Assembly: GCA_963708075.1 (NCBI GenBank)
Contig: OY970194.1
Span: 2,816,001-2,880,000 of the forward strand
From: Sedimentisphaerales bacterium
GTDB lineage: Bacteria; Planctomycetota; Phycisphaerae; Sedimentisphaerales; Anaerobacaceae
Direction of reading: 5' to 3'
DNA length: 64,000 nt
The translations under genes were made by a program, and so were the position numbers. Below, one piece after another: positions 60,047 to 64,000 of this stretch. A model generated the notes under the pieces. It did not search any database. It had not been told where the DNA came from and saw nothing but the letters and a program-made list of their open reading frames with translations. How positions within the stretch are numbered: the stretch's first letter is position 1; the number at the start of each line of letters is the position of its first letter.

Positions 60047-61024
60047 CTACGACCGCCACGGGCGCGTTCTGCCGACCTCGCCGGACAGTATATTCTTCGC
60101 GATGACTACGTCCTCTCGGACCTGAAAATCGAACATGCCGACGCAGCAGAAGTCGGCACCGTTCTTAAACGCATGTTTGAAACCCTCGTTCGGCTGAATC
60201 GCCCCGGCAGCCAGGACCTTGTACGCAATCCAGGGCTTTTCCACCTTTGCCATGAACTCCGCCGTCTTCTCAGGCTCCTTGTCCCAGTAGTTATCCACGT
60301 TATAGTTGTCGATCACGTCCTTGTTCTGGTCCGGCCGGCGCTTGGACCAGTACTCGGTGCTGTGATGAGTCTTCATGTAGAAATCGGCAGGCAGCTTCTG
60401 CTCTTCGCAGAGCATGGGCGTGCCGAGATTATGCCCGCCGACGCCGGTGATGACCCCCTGGCTCTTGACGAAGTCGAGGAACTTGCCGATCTGATCGGCC
60501 TTTCCCGCCCGAGACCACTCGTCGCCGACATTGCCGATCAGAAACGCCCCGGCCGCCCCGCCATCGACGGCCTTCTTCACATCGGTCTCCAGATCGTCCG
60601 CCTGGGGAACGCACTGCGCCAGCCACTGGATCTTGCCCCCCCGCTCATCCCGGTATTTCTTGAGCACGGCGGTGGAATTGGTGCCCGTGATGATCGTGTT
60701 GATGCCGTTCTGCTCGCAGATTTCGAGGGTCTCAATGATCTTTTCATCGGTGAAGTAGTGCTTCAGCAGCGGCGAGACGTAGATCAAGTCCCGGCTGTGG
60801 GCCCAGCCGCCGATCAGATTACCGCCGCAGATGAGCCGGCTGATCGTCAAAGTGCCGATCTTGCCCGCCGGCAAACCCTGCACACCCGTCTCCATGGACA
60901 CTTTGGGGGTGCTCGTCGTCGCCCCCAAAAGGGCCTGTTCCTCCAGACTCAGGGCCGACAGAGCCGCCGCAGAACCGACAAGGGAGGTTTTCAAGAATTC
61001 ACGCCGATCCAGGTTGCCTGACAT
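60047..61024 (-). CDS. Tat-exported aldo/keto-reductase-like protein, paralogue 1
   Basis: DRREFLK leader; ISRLICGGN and IAYKVLAAG...VGMFDFQ. Confidence 0.7.
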   Translation of the reverse strand: MSGNLDRREFLKTSLVGSAAALSALSLEEQALLGATTSTPKVSMETGVQGLPAGKIGTLTISRLICGGNLIGGWAHSRDLIYVSPLLKHYFTDEKIIETLEICEQNGINTIITGTNSTAVLKKYRDERGGKIQWLAQCVPQADDLETDVKKAVDGGAAGAFLIGNVGDEWSRAGKADQIGKFLDFVKSQGVITGVGGHNLGTPMLCEEQKLPADFYMKTHHSTEYWSKRRPDQNKDVIDNYNVDNYWDKEPEKTAEFMAKVEKPWIAYKVLAAGAIQPNEGFKHAFKNGADFCCVGMFDFQVREDVVIAKNILSGEVGRTRPWRS

Positions 61025-61145
61025 GTCGTGCTTCCACCTCAAAAGTACATTTCATGCGGGGCCTTACCCCGATAACGGCAGCTATCTTACCACGAATCAG
61101 GCAGGACTTCAATGGCTCCCCGCCCAGCCTGCCTGACAAAGAGCG

Positions 61146-61337
61146 TCACTTGAACTCGGGCGGGATGCCTGCCTGTTTGCAGATTTCGTTGGCCGTGATG
61201 CGGTCGAACTGTCTGTGGCGTTTGACCGGGACTACTTTGACGTCACTGGTGTAGATGGAGTGGTTACCGCCTTCCCTGAGCAAGCGGAAGCCGTTTGTCT
61301 CCAGATGACGGATCAGATCACGTCGCTTGACTGACAC
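61146..61337 (-). CDS. hicA: HicA toxin
   Basis: KRRDLIRHLE.NGF.LLREGGNHSIY...VKRH...ICKQAGI; GTG start at 61337. Confidence 0.88.
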   Translation of the reverse strand: MSVKRRDLIRHLETNGFRLLREGGNHSIYTSDVKVVPVKRHRQFDRITANEICKQAGIPPEFK

Positions 61338-61554
61338 GCTCAACCTCGACCGGGAGTTGCTCGATAAGGGCATTTCCCGCGGGGATTTCCTTGCCCAGTT
61401 GCGCGTATGCCAGCACCATCTCGCGCAAGGCATCCCGAAGCATGGCCCGGCATTCCTCCAAGTCCTTGCCTTCCGTGACAACTTCGGGCCACTCGACCAA
61501 CTGCCCCAGGTAGCCGGAGTCGATCTTGGTATATCTGGCAGTGTAGCTGATCAT
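61318..61554 (-). CDS. hicB: Short HicB antitoxin lacking a DNA-binding domain
   Basis: YTARY...GYLG...WPEVVTEGKDLEEC..MLRDAL...GKEIP. Confidence 0.85.
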   Translation of the reverse strand: MISYTARYTKIDSGYLGQLVEWPEVVTEGKDLEECRAMLRDALREMVLAYAQLGKEIPAGNALIEQLPVEVERVSQAT

Positions 61555-61641
61555 CGCGCTGCAATCTCCCGAAAACAGTAGTCGATTTCGAAGTAGTCTA
61601 ATCGTTTTGCCGGCATCCGTCAAGTCCACGCAAAGGCCGAA

Positions 61642-63372
61642 TTACCGCGCGCCCGGACCCTGTGCATGAACCGAGATTTCGGCCCAGTGGGCGGCTTCGA
61701 AACGCCAGCCGGTGGGCTCGTTGACCAGCTCCAGCTTGACGGTCTGGCCGGAATAGGGCAATAGATCGACAGTCACTTCGGTCCAGCCCAGAGTGCAGGT
61801 TCTCGGGGCCAATGGTCATTCGAAGAAGTTGCCGGCCATTGGCCTTGACGATCAGGTCCCAATCGCCGCGAGGATCGTGGCCTACCACCAGCTTCAGGGT
61901 GCTGACCTGGTTTGCCGGCAGATCGACGGTCCGGCTGATCACGCAGCCGACGGTCTCGCTCAATGGATGGGTCACCAGCACGTTCTTCTTGCCACGCACC
62001 TCGTCCTTCAGGCCGGGGTCCATCTCCTCGCCGCACTTGGTCACCTTCCAATCCGGCGCGAACTTCGCCATGGCCTTGGAAAGGTCCTTGCCGGCGTCGG
62101 CCGTAATCTGGGCCATCTCCTGTTCTGTGTACTTGCTGCCCATGGCAGGTCCTGGCTCCCAGCACTGCTCCAATGCACTCGGGCGGGGCCTCTGCCTGGG
62201 GATCACGAAGTACTCTCTGCCTTGCTTATCGGTCACAATCTTGCCGCCGCAGTTGACCACGGCCTGGCGCGCAGCTTCTCGCATACGCCAATCATCGTGG
62301 GGAAATCATACGGCGTGTGGCTGAATTTGCCCGTGGGGTCCAGGGCACTGGAGAACTTCTCGGGCAGGTTCCTGAACCCGATCGTTGTGAACAGGATGCC
62401 GCCGGCGTTGGACGGGTTGCAGTCGGAATCCAGGCCGCACCGCATCGAGATGACAATCGTCTTGTCCGGATCGCCCCGGCCATAGAGCAGACCCATGACG
62501 ATGTACGCGCCGTTGATCTTGGCATCGATGTTGAACTCGTCCTCCGGGCCGGTGCACGAGAACCGGCGGTTCTGCGGGCTCAGTTGGTATTTCTCGTTGA
62601 TCAGTTGCCAGGTCTTGGACCAGTCGCTGGGATACTCCTTGTACCACCGGACCACGTCCATGATGCACTCGTGGTACTGGCTCTGCGGCGGAATGCACCG
62701 CAGCCCCGCCTCGACGACCCTTACAATGTCCGTTTCGAAGAACGCCTCGGCGTACATGCCGGCGACGAACTGGCCGCCGTATAGGCCATCGCCATAGTTC
62801 ATCAGGCGTCCGAAGATCTCGCCCAGCTCGATGCCGACATTGGGCAGGCCCGGTGAGATCAGGCCCGAGTAATCGGCCTCGATCTGGTAATCGATGTCGT
62901 CGGCGTGCTTGTTGAACTGCGGATGTCCCGAGTCCGGCGGCGCGATGCCGGCCCGCAGATTGTCCCGACCGGCCTTGTTGGCGTGCCAGAGCGGATAGCC
63001 GCTGTTGGCGAAGTCGATGCCGGCCTGCCGGATCGACACCCCGAACCCATGCTGCTCCAGAGTCCGCAGGAACGTCATCTCCACATAGATGTCATCCTGC
63101 TGGAACTGGTTGATGAGCTTCGGCTCCCATTCGGGCACCTTATCTTCAGGTATGATGACGCCCTTGTAGCGGAACTCCGTGGGTGCTCCCCAGCCCACGC
63201 CGGCCATCTGGCCGACCCACCCGGCCTTCATCTTGTCCACGTAATCCTCGACGCTGATGCGCCGCTCCCCCGGCTGCAGCATAGCCGGCCGGCTCTCCTC
63301 CCGGCCCGCACACCCGGACAATACGACAAGAATGGAAACGACAGCCACAGACAGGAATAGATGCCGGTTCAT
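61642..63372 (-). CDS. Lipoprotein ADP-ribosylglycohydrolase-family protein with a C-terminal beta-sandwich; two frameshifts (about 62270 and 61798-61804)
   Basis: Lipobox LSG-C; GQMAGVGWGAPTEF, QDDIYVE and CGLDSDCNPSNAGG. The corrected frame ends GWTEVTVDLLPYSGQTVKLELVNEPTGW...*. Confidence 0.8.
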
Positions 63373-63573
63373 AAGAAACCTCCTTCAGCCCAGACCCCAA
63401 CTCGTAGGAGCCACCCCCTACTACCCGCCCACATATATCCCCGCTGCCGCCCCCAGTAAAGCGAAAATGCCGCCCGGCTCATGTGACGACGCCATCCTGC
63501 CCTTGTCCCCCACCCGACCCCACATAATGAGCAGCACCCTCACCAGGGGCTAGCCGAAGTCCTTCAGCAGCGA

Positions 63574-64000
63574 CTGGTGTGCGACTAATTTTCGTGGGGA
63601 TCGTATGGCCTGTGGGCAGTTGGACAGCGTATGATGAGAATGGAATTATTCAGTCATTCAGTCATACAGCAAGGAAGTACTCATGCACGAGAAGCTCACT
63701 GCCTCACAGTTGAAAAAGGCGATGAGGGGAGAGGTCGATACCTTGATCGAGGACGTGGTCAAGGCCGTCAATCAGGCCCAGGCCGGACGCATCATTGCCG
63801 ATAGCGAAGAACTCGTTCGCCAGGCCAGTGCGTTGTTTCGCCAGCGTCTCTATGAGAGAGCCCTTCAATTACGCCAGCAGCACAGTGAGGCGGCTTTTTC
63901 CCCCGATGCCCAGCGACGACGGCCCCAGGTACGAGAGTAAAGGCTGCCGTTCGATTGAGTATCTGACGGTCAATGGTCCTGTTCAGATCCGCCGCCGGGT
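63574..64000 (+). mobile_element. Left end of an ISKra4-like insertion sequence; transposase from 63683 with a frame break at T5C5; truncated by the window
   Basis: ORF ...AVNQAQAGRIIADSEE...AAFSP; the next frame reads KGCRSIEYLTVNGPVQIRRR; candidate end CTGGTGTGCGAC; lower GC. Confidence 0.65.

Noticed and set aside
63550..63575. 3' end of a minus-strand gene (QSLLKDFG*) interrupted by the IS
   Set aside because: Too short to support without seeing the other IS flank.

Overview
GC-rich bacterial chromosomal segment, probably a Planctomycete of class Phycisphaerae (Sedimentisphaerales-like). This placement is inferred from the HYExAFE gene, the many Tat-exported oxidoreductases and the DYHLKSxAGRWDP secreted module. 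The window holds: a sugar/amino-sugar catabolic cluster (3.4-11 kb); Gfo/Idh/MocA, GH38 and clan GH-A carbohydrate genes; fhs-folD; a lipoprotein MtnN with an NCS2 permease; tRNA-Leu(TAG); a probable 6S RNA followed by rny-ymdB; a Gld-like ABC operon; VIT/vWA genes; hisS; three toxin-antitoxin pairs; an exported ADP-ribosylglycohydrolase; and the start of an ISKra4-like element. I saw no CRISPR array, integrase or prophage. The strongest hidden signal is six frameshifts in five genes, including essential hisS. All four +1 events turn GAGACC/GGTCTC into GAGAACC/GGTTCTC, and both -1 events lie at CCTGGCGC. This most likely reflects methylation-dependent long-read errors and so hints at the host methylome. 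Other notable items are several families of REP-like cruciform repeats with co-varying arms, a His-tailed DMT gene bracketed by a 17-bp direct repeat, a candidate sRNA at about 58.7 kb and an orphan FTP/PepSY propeptide fusion. No new system can be confirmed from the sequence alone; all functional calls are by-eye motif recognition.
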